The translations under genes were made by a program, and so were the position numbers. Below the pieces are notes generated by a model, which was not told the DNA's origin, did no database searches, and saw only the letters and a list, made by a program, of their open reading frames with translations. From Calditrichia bacterium (lineage in GTDB: Bacteria; Calditrichota; Calditrichia; JAJRVZ01): a stretch of DNA of 64,000 nt. Below, piece after piece: positions 53,647-64,000 of this stretch; position 1 is the stretch's first letter; each line of letters begins with the position of its first letter. The stretch spans positions 224,001 to 288,000 of the forward strand of contig CAWCNS010000008.1 in the NCBI GenBank assembly GCA_963796965.1. Reading direction: 5' to 3'.

Positions 53647-54106
53647 TTAAAGCCTTTCTCTCGCTTTATATAATTCTATACATGTGAGGTAGAAAAAATA
53701 GTACTTGGTATGAATTAACCTTTTTCAGATTTCACATTATATCGCTCAATCCGGATTAATTCGTAAATCCAAAATGGAAATTTAAACTTACATAGAATAG
53801 ACTAAAGTTTAAAGAGATTAAATAGATCTCCTTGACAAATGCCGAAAAACAGAATTTCATTTATTTACCTCTCCCCAACCCTCTCTTCCTCATATTGAGA
53901 TATGTGGTATTCTATAGCGAATATCAAAACAAAGAATCTGATTACTTATAAATTCAGAAGAAGTGAAGGGAACTTTGTCGATATAATTAGATTTAATACT
54001 ATCAATAATTGGCGTTATAAAACATTTCAATAAAGTTTTATTTTTTATAGTTACGTAAAATAAGTCCGAAAATAAATAATGTAACCAAAATAAAGGGGGG
54101 TTACAG

Positions 54107-54337
54107 ATGAGATTATCCGAAGGACAGAAACAAACTATCGAGGCGCTTTCCAGGATATTGCCTCTGGAAGTATTGCTCAAGATAAAGGAAGGCAAACTAA
54201 AAGATTTTGAGGATCTTCACCTAAATCTCTTTGATCCGGATACTACGGAGGAGAGGACGGAGATGGATGCTATTCTTGAAAAGGAAATTGCCGAGAGAAA
54301 ACGCAAATTGAACCGCGTTCTACATATTAAATGCTAA
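54107..54337 (+). CDS. Small hypothetical protein
   Basis: 76 aa, G-rich RBS upstream, helical charged composition. Confidence 0.5.
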   Translation: MRLSEGQKQTIEALSRILPLEVLLKIKEGKLKDFEDLHLNLFDPDTTEERTEMDAILEKEIAERKRKLNRVLHIKC

Positions 54338-54498
54338 TCTGATGCTTCTCTTCCCTATTCTCAGACATATAGGGACTCCTCAACATCGAGAGAGTCGATA
54401 CTATTCTGATTTATCTTATTACCACCAAGAGCCTAGTAGGCCCTCCAGGCCTGCCCCGTTTTACGGGGTCTATAGAGATTTGAAAAAAGATAAAAGAT

Positions 54499-54657
54499 TT
54501 ACCACAAAGATCACTAAGCACCGATACAAATATCTACATCATGTAGAAATATCGGCATGAAATCCTCCAAGATTTCAAAGGCACGAAGATCACAAAGTCT
54601 TTATTAAGAAAATTATCTTTGTGTACTTTGTGCCTTCTTTGAGAACTTTGTGGTTAA
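54499..54657. repeat. Periodic 9-mer inverted-repeat element
   Basis: accacaaagatcactaag..caaaggcacgaagatcacaaag / ctttgtgtactttgtgccttctttgagaactttgtggtta. Confidence 0.55.
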
Positions 54658-54682
54658 ATATTATATCCACTGTAAAATTCAT

Positions 54683-55600
54683 TTATTTTTCTGCAACTTC
54701 TGCATGCCAATCATAGGTCATATATTCCCATGAAAAATTGTCATTATCGACATTGACGACAACAAATCCTTCCGGGAATCCATCTCTGAGACCCTTCCAC
54801 CATGCTGCCGACACCGCTCCACCCGTGATATAGGTTGTATTTCCATATTGAATTTCTTCGACCACATGAAGATGTCCCTGTAAAACTAGTTTTACGTTAT
54901 GATTTTCTAATACTTTCATTACATCTAAAGCATTGGTAACAACACTGCCCTGCCCGTTAGCAAAATTAGGGCCATTTTTCATTTGACCATATATGGAGAA
55001 TAAGGGAATATGAGTGGATAATACAATCGGTGTTTTCTGATCAATCCTTGCTATATCATTTTTTAGCCAATCAAGTTGCACAGAATCAATATGTCCAAAA
55101 TAGCGTCTCTCCGGGGTAAAACCAATCCCATCTAATATGATAAAATGCCAACCTTTATTATCAAACGATTGGTAGGTAGTTCCCTTACCCAATCTTTTAC
55201 GAAACATTTGCCTTCCATATTCAGGATGTTCGGGGGCGATACCGCTTTCTTCATAAAGACCAAATACTTCATGGTTACCCATGGTGTTATATACCGGCAT
55301 AATAAATTGTCCCATCATATTTTCATATAAATCATATAGGGAGTCCGCACGTCCTTCAGTTTGGGCCAAAGCATCCATAATCAGATCACCACCGGTTATG
55401 ACAAAATCAGGCTTCAATTGATTCACTTTATTAATTGCTGCAGCGAACCCCTCTTGTGCTTTTCCTTCCGGCTGTACGTGAATATCTGTCATGAAGACGA
55501 AATTGAATGTATCAGAACTGTCTTTGCATGAATTAAAAAAGATAACAATAAGCAAGATTGATAGATATACCGGATAAAGTTGTTTCATTCTTTTCAACAT
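54683..55600 (-). CDS. Calcineurin-like metallophosphoesterase (probable lipoprotein)
   Basis: DIH, GGDL, GNHE, THIP, GHLH motifs; FNSC lipobox. Confidence 0.9.
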   Translation of the reverse strand: MLKRMKQLYPVYLSILLIVIFFNSCKDSSDTFNFVFMTDIHVQPEGKAQEGFAAAINKVNQLKPDFVITGGDLIMDALAQTEGRADSLYDLYENMMGQFIMPVYNTMGNHEVFGLYEESGIAPEHPEYGRQMFRKRLGKGTTYQSFDNKGWHFIILDGIGFTPERRYFGHIDSVQLDWLKNDIARIDQKTPIVLSTHIPLFSIYGQMKNGPNFANGQGSVVTNALDVMKVLENHNVKLVLQGHLHVVEEIQYGNTTYITGGAVSAAWWKGLRDGFPEGFVVVNVDNDNFSWEYMTYDWHAEVAEK

Positions 55601-55793
55601 ATTAATATTCCTTCATTTTTTTGGGGTGCAAGTATTAGGTAAGTGTGTTCAAATATACCACTCATTTTTTTTATCAACAATAGTATAATTGAACAATCCG
55701 GCTTTTCAAATCGATTTATAATTATTGATATTCTGGTTTATAAAGTCTTAAGTTTATTCCAATATTAAAAATAATTAATAAGACGGGTACGGT

Positions 55794-58134
55794 ATGATAA
55801 ATAGTACAGCTCAGGCTCCACGTTTTACAGAAACCGAAGTAAAAGAGTATATAGATAGATCCTATGGATTAAAAAGTTCAGTAACTCACCTTGTTAGTGA
55901 TATTGGACAAAATTTTAAAGTTCAGGATAGGGTTGGGCAAATCTATATTTTTAAAATTGCCAATCCATCAGAATCGAAGGAGATCCTTACAGCCCAAAAT
56001 GAAGTGCTTATATTTCTTGCAGACCGAAATATTGAAGGTATCTTTCCAAAGGTGATCCAAACTAAAAACAACAAATTGACAGATATGATACATACCAGGG
56101 AGGGAATTGCTTTTAATTGCCGTCTTCTGTCTTATATTGAAGGTACTTTTTTGGCAGATTACACCGATCCAAGCCCGGCCCTTTTGCAAGATATAGGAGC
56201 AATGCTTGGCAGGATGGACCAATCACTAAAAAATTTCTCAAATCCGGCTATTCATCGTTATTGGCATTGGGATATAAAAAACATCTTAGATCTCAGACCT
56301 CTTACAAGTCACATAACAGATCCTCGTATAAGGAGATTAGTAGAATATTTTATATTGCAATTTGAGACCATTGTCGTACCTGAATTGGCTAGCCTCCCTC
56401 AAAGTCTCATTCATAATGATGCCAATGATCATAATTTACTCATATCAAGCAATCCTGTATCTTGTGCACTTATTGACTTTGGAGACATGGTTTATACCTG
56501 TACCATATTTGAATTAGCAATTGCACTAAACTATATCATGCTCAAAAAAAATGAGCCTCTCCTTTCAGTCTATTTCAACCATCAAAGGCTATGCAAAAGT
56601 ATCTCCCCTGACCCAGAAAGAGATTTCTATCCTTTATTATTGTACTGCTGCAAGGAGTTGTCAGAGTCTGATCATGGCGGCCTATCAAAGAAAGTTGCAA
56701 CCTGGCAACGACTATCTATCTGTTTCAGAAGAGGATACGCAGCGGTTATTAGTTCAACTTATAGAAATCAATCCGGAGAAAGCTGAAGAAGTTTTTAGGG
56801 ACGCCGCGTCGATACCGCCTCTTAAAAAATCAGACATGAATCGAGAAAATATCCTTAAAGAACGCGCCAACCGAATTGGTAAGTCCTTGAGTATTTCATA
56901 CAGGCAACCACTCAAGATCATACGCGGTGCGATGCAATATCTCTATGAGAAAAACGGCAAGACCTATATAGATTGTGTCAATAATGTCTGTCATGTGGGG
57001 CATTGCCATCCACGAGTGATTCGAGCTGCCCAGAAACAAATGGCCATACTCAATACGAACACACGGTATCTTCATGACAATATTATTGAATACGCTAGGC
57101 GTCTGACGGAGACTTTACCCGACCCTCTTAATGTTTGCTATTTTGTCAATTCCGGGAGTGAGGCAAATGAATTAGCTCTGCGTCTCGCATTTAACTACAC
57201 CAATAGCAAAGAAATAATAGTTTTAGACCATGCCTATCATGGAAACACATCCCTCCTGATCGATATCAGTCCATATAAGTATCAGGGTAAGGGTGGCCGC
57301 GGGCCGGGATTACATACACATAAGGCAATGTTACCCGACCTGTTCCGTGGCCCCATTAAACAGGGGGACGTAAATGCCGGTAGAAAATATGCTCGTTTCG
57401 TTGAGAACCTTATTCAAAATTTGCACTCAGAAAATAAGTTACCTGCCGTGTTTATGTGTGAATCTCTTCCCGGATGCGGTGGTCAGATTCTCTTGCCTGA
57501 TGGATATTTGGACGATGTTTACCGGATGATTCGGACTGCAGGGGGCGTCTGTATCGCGGACGAAGTTCAGGTGGGATTCGGTCGTGTTGGTCAAGATTTC
57601 TGGGGCTTTGAGATTCAGAATGTGGTCCCGGATATTGTAACCATGGGCAAACCAATCGGTAACGGCCATCCCCTCGGCGCAGTTGTAACCACGACCAAAA
57701 TCGCCGATGCCTTTAACAATGGCATGGAATATTTTAATACGTTCGGAGGTAACCCTGTTTCCTCAGCCGTAGGTATGGCTGTCCTTAATGTAATAAGAGA
57801 TGAGGGCCTTCAGAATCTGGCGGACCAAACGGGGACCTATTTAATGCATGGTCTTAATGAATTGAAGAAAGATCATGAAATAATTGGCGATGTTCGTGGG
57901 TCGGGTTTATTTATTGGTATCGAATTGGTAAAAGATAGGGTATCTTTAGATCCTGCCACAGCTGAAGCCAATGATATTGTAAATAAAATGAAAGATAATG
58001 GAATTCTCCTCAGTACAGATGGCCCCTTCGACAATGTGATTAAAATAAAACCACCCCTTGTACTTAACAATGAAAACGTGGATAGGATAATATCAACCCT
58101 CTCAGATGTTTTAGAGAAAAATACACTTAAATAA
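55794..58134 (+). CDS. Phosphotransferase (APH/hydroxylysine kinase-like) fused to class III PLP aminotransferase/phospho-lyase; frameshift near 56570
   Basis: [14 protein letters not shown] in the first [36 protein letters not shown] in the overlapping second ORF. Confidence 0.85.
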
Positions 58135-58151
58135 TGTGAATACTATTCCTT

Positions 58152-59578
58152 TCACATATTCCGTTCTTCAATCTCCGGAAAAGGAAATGCCTCCGATTCA
58201 TTCCTGGATGTTTTCATGATTTCCTTAATTTGCTTGACTATATCAGGATTTTCACTGGCAACATTATTTGTCTCTCCCAAATCCATCTTTAAATTATATA
58301 GCTGAATTGTAGGGTCGCTGTCCTTCTTTTTCAATCCGGTTCGAATACCTTTCCAGTCTGCCAGGCGAACAGCTTGTTGACCACCATAAGCGGGAAATTC
58401 AAAATAAAGAAAATCATGTAGGTTCTTGTCAGGCTCATTAAGAAGCGTAGGTTTCAGGCTAATTCCATCTAAATTAGCCGGAATCATATCAGTACTGCCG
58501 GCAACATCCAGCAGAGTTGGTAATATATCTTGAAATGCGCCAATCTGCTCTGAGACAGTACCTGGTTTTATTTTTCCAGGCCATCGGACAATCATCGGGA
58601 TACGTATCCCCCCCTCATAGAGATAACCTTTGTGACTTCTTAGATTACCATTTCCCTGAAAAAATTCCCGGTAATAACCGCCCAAATAGGTGGCACCATT
58701 ATCACTGGTAAAAATCACAAGAGTATTTTTATCAAGATTTAACTCTTTCAGCAGATCAAGCATCCGCCCCAGGGTCCGATCCATACGCGTAACCATCGCC
58801 GCATACGCAGCCCGGGGATGGTCATGGGGTAAATACCCGTTTTTACCATCATAGGATGGATCATCCCATTTCCCAATATATTCATTTACGGATTCATCGG
58901 GTACTTGTAATGCCAAATGTGGGACAGGTGTGGGATAGTAAAGAAAAAAGGGACGATTTTCATTGAATTTAATAAATTTTAGGGCCTCTTCCTCCATTAA
59001 ATCGGCGGCATAGTGTTTCCCGACCAGTCCACGATCATTACCTTCCAGGATAACCTTTTTATTATTCTTCCATAAGTATCTGGGATAGTAGTTATGGGCA
59101 TGACGTTGACAGATATAACCATAAAACATGTCAAATCCCTGATTCAGAGGGTCTCCGGTTGATCCGGGTGCCCCCAACCCCCATTTACCAACTACTGCTG
59201 TCGTATAACCCTCTGATTTCAATAATTCTGCAACTGTAATTTCGTCTTTTGGAATAGCTAACTGCCCTTCCGGTTGAACCGCGTAATTATCACGGATGTA
59301 TGAATGACCACTGTGCTTACCGGTTAATAAAACACATCGGGAAGGGGCACAAACAGGACTGCCAGAATAAAATTGTGTGAATTTCATGCCATCCGCTGCC
59401 AATTGATCGATATGTGGTGTTCTTATTTTAGATTGGCCATAACAACCAACCTCACCATAACCAAGGTCGTCCGCCATAAATAAAATGATATTAGGTTTGT
59501 CTTGTCCTTGCGCAACACAGCCAATAGAAACAACTCCAAACAAAAACATTAAACTAGTTTCCTAAAGTATTTCATCAT
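58152..59578 (-). CDS. Arylsulfatase (formylglycine-dependent); frameshift in the signal region
   Basis: KPNII..ADDLG, CAPSR..LTGKH, GKWGLG, SDNG, KGYLYEGG. Confidence 0.92.
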
Positions 59579-59778
59579 ATACTCCAGAATATTTGAACTT
59601 AGAGGGACTTAATTAATAACTGAACTTTATGGGTAGATTTGGTCCATTACCAAATAACAACAGGTGGTTGATTGAATAAGTAAAATAATTTTTCTTCTAC
59701 AAAATTTATCTCATTCGTTCACTACATCGTTGAACCGCTGCACGACAACAAATATTTAATTGGGTATGTACTGCCCTA

Positions 59779-60384
59779 TTATTTTTTTGATATGATTAAG
59801 TAGATCGTTTTGTCTTCTTCATAGTTTAGAACAGAAAACTTTGCTTCTGTCAATTGAGAAGATAAATCCCTTGCGGCCGGAAGATTGTCATTTTTTACGG
59901 CATCCCCCACCTGAGAATGCAATTTATTTAACTTGAAATGACACATTAAATGCAATATCATCAATTGGCCTCCAGGTCTCAGCACGCGATAAAACTCTTC
60001 AATAACCCGGGGTTTATCTACAAAATGAGCAAAGGCTGCAAAACAAACAATACTTCCAAAATGATCTTTCTTAAAAGGCAATTCATGAGAATCGGTTTGG
60101 ATATAATCTATCAGTTGATATGGTTCATTACGCGATCTATTTTGATAGAGCATTTCCCATGAGTAATCTGCTTCAATTATCTGAAAATTATCTGTCTTTT
60201 TTTTATATAGTTCAGGGAGGAGTACACCAGTACCACTACCAATATCCAATAATGGCGTCTGAAGGGGAGGAATTTTATTTTTAAATATGGAATTTAATCG
60301 ATTTATTGTTTCTTCATCAATTTTATGATGCCAGTTATTGGCCTGTTTATCAAAAAATAATTTTTGATCACTTTGGGTGTGCAT
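59779..60384 (-). CDS. Class I SAM-dependent methyltransferase
   Basis: LLDIGSGTG, LPF, RVLRPGG. Confidence 0.88.
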   Translation of the reverse strand: MHTQSDQKLFFDKQANNWHHKIDEETINRLNSIFKNKIPPLQTPLLDIGSGTGVLLPELYKKKTDNFQIIEADYSWEMLYQNRSRNEPYQLIDYIQTDSHELPFKKDHFGSIVCFAAFAHFVDKPRVIEEFYRVLRPGGQLMILHLMCHFKLNKLHSQVGDAVKNDNLPAARDLSSQLTEAKFSVLNYEEDKTIYLIISKK

Positions 60385-60389
60385 TAGAT

Positions 60390-60920
60390 TTATATTTCCT
60401 CCCGGGGATGCCAATGTGGGTATTTTTTTTCGATCATTCTGACGACATACGGTATAATTAACACTAGTAATATTATTCCTGGAGTTCCTACCACAAGTAA
60501 ACCAATTGTGAATATTGGATGGCTAATCCCCAGCATGGGGGCTACGATGGAGATCATACCCAAAAGGATCAATCGATCTGCAAGAATCCCTATCAAGAGG
60601 ATAATAACCACAGATAAATTTGAATACTGCCTAAACAGACTGATAACAACACCTGCAATGATTAATTCTATAGTCAACATTGGTAAAATTGGCGGTGCAA
60701 TCGGGGGCATACTGGTTAACAACCACGAAACCCCCGGACATGCGATTCCCATCATTATCACATATTGCCAGGATAAAAACATACTTCCTAACATTAGAGG
60801 CAAAAACATCGGTAAAAACCCCGATCCAAGCCCGAGCAGATGAAAAAACTGGGGGAATATGATACCCAGTGCCGTAAATAAGGCAGCAAGCGGAATTTGT
60901 CTTAATTCTTTATCGTCCAC
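60390..60920 (-). CDS. ECF transporter S component
   Basis: ALFTALGIIFPQFFH..FLPMFLP..MPP..PGI; 5-6 TM helices. Confidence 0.8.
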   Translation of the reverse strand: MDDKELRQIPLAALFTALGIIFPQFFHLLGLGSGFLPMFLPLMLGSMFLSWQYVIMMGIACPGVSWLLTSMPPIAPPILPMLTIELIIAGVVISLFRQYSNLSVVIILLIGILADRLILLGMISIVAPMLGISHPIFTIGLLVVGTPGIILLVLIIPYVVRMIEKKYPHWHPREEI

Positions 60921-60928
60921 AGATACCT

Positions 60929-62779
60929 CTATATACTATATTCAAAACCGGCAAGAAAATAAAATCCGGGTGCTGTAAAGTTTGGTTGGACGTAATATGT
61001 TCTATCCAGAATATTATACAATCTTAAGTTTAACAACCAGGAAGTGAAATTATAAGAGAAGGAGAGATTTAATAAGTTATAGTCCGGCAAACGGGCTTCA
61101 CTATTATTGAGTGCATATAGTTGATCGATATACTTTCCATGGAGCGTTGATCTAAAATGGCCGTTAACAAACGAGAACCAGTATTTAATTTGATGTTTTG
61201 GGTTATAGGCGGTTAATTCATCCGGATCGATGTCACTATATGACAATTGTGTGTCAAATCCCTTAAATACATTAAAATTCACCTGCGCTTCGACACCTGT
61301 TTGTCTGGCTTCTCCACCGTTTGCATATTTAAATGCAGGAGGTGGTGGAGAATAAGGAAGTAACTGAATCATATTTTCAACATAATTGTTAAATACGGTA
61401 AATCTTATCGTATTATGATTCGACCAATAATATAGGACACCCCCATCAATGCTTCTTATAAACTCCTCTTTCAAATCAGAACTTGATGATGGAAAGAGGT
61501 AGAGCTCATTTACGGTTGGGAACCTGAACCCCGTCTGATAATTTGAATAAAGTTGAAGACCTGGTATAATACTATAGGTTATTCCAGCAACAGGTGAAAT
61601 GTTTTCCAGAGGTAACGAATTATATTGATAACGAAAGCCAAGTTTAAGATTGAGATTATGGAGAGGATTATACATCATTAAGCCATATAATCCAGCGGTA
61701 CGTATATCATGCTTTTCATTATTTACTACGCCCGGCGGCACAAGTAAATTCTCTGCATTTCCTCCGTATGACATAAATTCTCCCCCTATAGCGATATTAA
61801 TCCTGGAGGAGAGACGCAATTGCTGATAACTGGAGAGGCCATAAGTAAAATCACGGCTATCAAAGCCATCATAAAACTGGTGTCTTCCCCAATTCCCAAA
61901 AACCTGGGTTGAGCCAGAAATATTTTCACCTTTATTTTCAACGATGATTTCTCCAGTCCCCCGGTTAATTTTGCCATATTTTCCTAAATTTGCAGGATCT
62001 CCATCCCGTGTAGGCTCATCAAACTGGAAAGGGATATAACGGCCCTGAATTCCTACATGCCAGATATCATTGATCTGATACTCCCATCCACCTTGTAACC
62101 GATACGATTCAAAGGAACTCTGTGGGATATCTCCATCTGTATGATCATGACGAGCAGTTACGAAAAAACCATGCTGATCAAACTCTTTTGCAACCGTTAC
62201 ACCAAGACTATAGGTATTATAATTACCCGCTTCCGCTGAGACCCTGACCAGGTGTTTGTAGTTCGGACCAGTTTTAATATTAATCGTGCCGCCCATTGCC
62301 TGACTTCCAAACACGGAGGAAGTCGGGCCGGCCAGAATCTCAACCTGTTGAACATCGTCAAAACCATAAACATCTGGAATAGGATGGCCAAACAAGCCTG
62401 TAAAATCGGGATGACCATTGAGCAAGACAAGCATTCCGGTATTTGGTTTCCCGCCTTGTCCTCTTATATTGACTGCTCCGGCCGCTTCTCGCCCAACCCC
62501 ATACCCCATTATTTTATTATCGATCGTATAAGCTGATGGGAAGGCAATATCTATCAACTCTATACTTGAATGTTTGCTGATGGCCCGAACTTCCTTTTCT
62601 GGAATTACCTGATAGGTATAGGTTAAATCCTTAAGAGACAACTTAAACCGATCAGCGACAACCACAATCGTATCCTGAAGATCGTAAACTTCAAGATTTT
62701 CTTCGACTTCCTGCGCATATAATGGGGCCAAAAACACTATGGCAAGAAATCCAATACAAATTATATAATTAAAACGCAT
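60929..62779 (-). CDS. TonB-dependent receptor (BtuB-like)
   Basis: DTIVVVADR TonB-box, NIRG, VEILAGPTSSVFGSQAMGGTINI plug, FRFPTVNELY, YNILDRTY..PG. Confidence 0.9.
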   Translation of the reverse strand: MRFNYIICIGFLAIVFLAPLYAQEVEENLEVYDLQDTIVVVADRFKLSLKDLTYTYQVIPEKEVRAISKHSSIELIDIAFPSAYTIDNKIMGYGVGREAAGAVNIRGQGGKPNTGMLVLLNGHPDFTGLFGHPIPDVYGFDDVQQVEILAGPTSSVFGSQAMGGTINIKTGPNYKHLVRVSAEAGNYNTYSLGVTVAKEFDQHGFFVTARHDHTDGDIPQSSFESYRLQGGWEYQINDIWHVGIQGRYIPFQFDEPTRDGDPANLGKYGKINRGTGEIIVENKGENISGSTQVFGNWGRHQFYDGFDSRDFTYGLSSYQQLRLSSRINIAIGGEFMSYGGNAENLLVPPGVVNNEKHDIRTAGLYGLMMYNPLHNLNLKLGFRYQYNSLPLENISPVAGITYSIIPGLQLYSNYQTGFRFPTVNELYLFPSSSSDLKEEFIRSIDGGVLYYWSNHNTIRFTVFNNYVENMIQLLPYSPPPPAFKYANGGEARQTGVEAQVNFNVFKGFDTQLSYSDIDPDELTAYNPKHQIKYWFSFVNGHFRSTLHGKYIDQLYALNNSEARLPDYNLLNLSFSYNFTSWLLNLRLYNILDRTYYVQPNFTAPGFYFLAGFEYSI

Positions 62780-62826
62780 CTATATGTTTCCTTTTTTTAC
62801 ATTTCATATGAATATCCGAGTAACAA

Positions 62827-63585
62827 TTAAATCCGCATTGGAAATCCCTGCAAACCAAGAGGTAATTCCAGGTGATTTTTTTCCAGCAACTCCTTATTGT
62901 TGAGAAGATCCATTGTAGAACCCTCGGATTTTATCTGTCCATCTTTGATAATCATAATACGTTGCACCGTTTCCGCAAGCATATCAAGATCATGGGTAGC
63001 AATTAAAACAGTTCGGTTAGATCCTTTAATCCAATCGATTATTCTGCGGCGATGATAGGGATCCAGGTTACTAGTCGGTTCATCCATGGCTATTACTTCA
63101 GGATTTGAGGAAAGGATTGTAGCAATGCTTACTAACTTTTTCTCGCCATAGCTCATTTGTAAAGAAGACCGGTTTTCGTATCCTAATAATCCAACTTCAG
63201 ATAAAGAGGTTTTAACTCTTACAGGTATTTCCTCCTTTGAAAAACCAAAATTCATTGGTCCAAAAGCCACATCCTCAAACACGGAAGGGGAAAATAGTTG
63301 ATCATCAGGGTTCTGGAACACAATCCCAATTTTTGACCGAATAGATTTAATTGTTTTTTTACCAAGGATATCTCCACAAATTTCGATAGTACCTTCCGGC
63401 AATAACACACCATTCAATAGCATAAGAAGGGTGGACTTACCAGCACCATTGGGTCCTATAAATGCCACTTTTTCACCTTGTGATACACAAAAGCTTATAT
63501 TATCAATCGCTTTCGTATGATCAGTATAAGTGTAAGATACATTCGTTAGTTTAACCGCCGTATCGTTATTATTCATTTGCTCCAT
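62827..63585 (-). CDS. cbiO: ECF transporter ATPase (CbiO/EcfA)
   Basis: GPNGAGKST, FQNPDDQLF, DVAFGP, SYGEKK, DEPTSNLDP. Confidence 0.88.
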   Translation of the reverse strand: MEQMNNNDTAVKLTNVSYTYTDHTKAIDNISFCVSQGEKVAFIGPNGAGKSTLLMLLNGVLLPEGTIEICGDILGKKTIKSIRSKIGIVFQNPDDQLFSPSVFEDVAFGPMNFGFSKEEIPVRVKTSLSEVGLLGYENRSSLQMSYGEKKLVSIATILSSNPEVIAMDEPTSNLDPYHRRRIIDWIKGSNRTVLIATHDLDMLAETVQRIMIIKDGQIKSEGSTMDLLNNKELLEKNHLELPLGLQGFPMRI

Positions 63586-63592
63586 GTGACAA

Positions 63593-64000
63593 TTAAATAT
63601 AAAGAAAGATTAATGTTAAAAAACTGCCCCCAGTCATCAAGATCCATGAATCATTTATTGTCCAATCAAGAGTGTGAGCACAGTATACTTTTCCCTGGAA
63701 TCCCCTGCTGACTAAAACTTTAAACAAGTGCTCATTTCGATCAAATATGCGCATAAAATAAATCGAGATAAGATTCGAATAGACAGACAATCTTTTTAAA
63801 AGGGGTAATTTTATATAGCGCGATTTGAAAGCAAGATAAATTCGATCCAGTTCATGGGAAAGAAGAAATATAAACCGAAATATAAAGAACAATATGGCAA
63901 TGGCTCTGTCCGGAACATGCATTTTTTGCAGACTCATTAGAAGCAATGAATGGGGTGTTGACACAACAAAGATTAGACCGGCCATTAGAATTGCGACAGA
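63593..64000 (-). CDS. cbiQ: ECF transmembrane component CbiQ/EcfT (partial, runs off window)
   Basis: STP..LL..L..MHVP, FRFIFLL..E, AFKSR, VSRGF motifs. Confidence 0.8.
   Translation of the reverse strand, partial: SVAILMAGLIFVVSTPHSLLLMSLQKMHVPDRAIAILFFIFRFIFLLSHELDRIYLAFKSRYIKLPLLKRLSVYSNLISIYFMRIFDRNEHLFKVLVSRGFQGKVYCAHTLDWTINDSWILMTGGSFLTLIFLYI

Noticed and set aside
42829..54657. CRISPR array from recurring CACAAAG/CGCAGAG motifs
   Set aside because: No constant repeat with regular unique spacers and no cas genes; motifs are degenerate inverted arms
52918..59578. TauE exporter and sulfatase as part of the putative sulfur-respiration module
   Set aside because: More than 40 kb from the rhodanese/selenocytochrome genes, among unrelated genes, with no shared promoter motif seen
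273..62536. Numerous short antisense or alternate-frame ORFs in the track (e.g. 23930-24346, 43176-43550, 45529-45894)
   Set aside because: They overlap well-supported genes, lack motifs and RBS, and are shadow ORFs
1..64000. tRNA (including tRNA-Sec), rRNA, riboswitch or sel genes
   Set aside because: None recognisable by eye; the Sec machinery must lie elsewhere if the selenoprotein call is right

Overview
AT-rich bacterial window, probably FCB-group and Calditrichota-like. This is inferred from a T9SS-type YPNPFNP C-terminal domain together with strong Shine-Dalgarno sites. Bases ~200-40,000 form a large anaerobic respiration / extracellular electron transfer island with about 90 heme-c motifs in eight cytochromes. 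It encodes two CbcL-like multiheme-c/cytochrome-b fusions (19 and 11 hemes), an ImcH-like NapC/NirT protein, a beta-barrel plus 12-heme cytochrome conduit, a CX4CH/CXXCH lipoprotein cytochrome, a 9-heme cytochrome with a secretion C-terminal domain, and two HybA/HybB(NrfD)-like modules with a 13-heme cytochrome c3. Regulation comes from three heme-c-bearing sensor kinases, three sigma-54 activators and six sigma-54-like promoters. The standout observation is a hidden selenoprotein. Two apparent ORFs (10753-10959 and 9628-10743) are one frame joined by an in-frame TGA (EG-U-GG) followed 11 nt later by a canonical-looking bacterial SECIS hairpin. The product is an ~11-heme lipoprotein cytochrome, encoded next to a double-rhodanese lipoprotein. 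A second oddity is four GcvH-fold proteins, mostly lacking the lipoyl lysine, two of them fused to receiver domains. An IS1182-family element sits in the centre of a REP-like palindrome. The remainder is mixed housekeeping and accessory genes. Many genes carry frameshifts that look like uncorrected long-read errors, so several CDS boundaries are reconstructed by eye.
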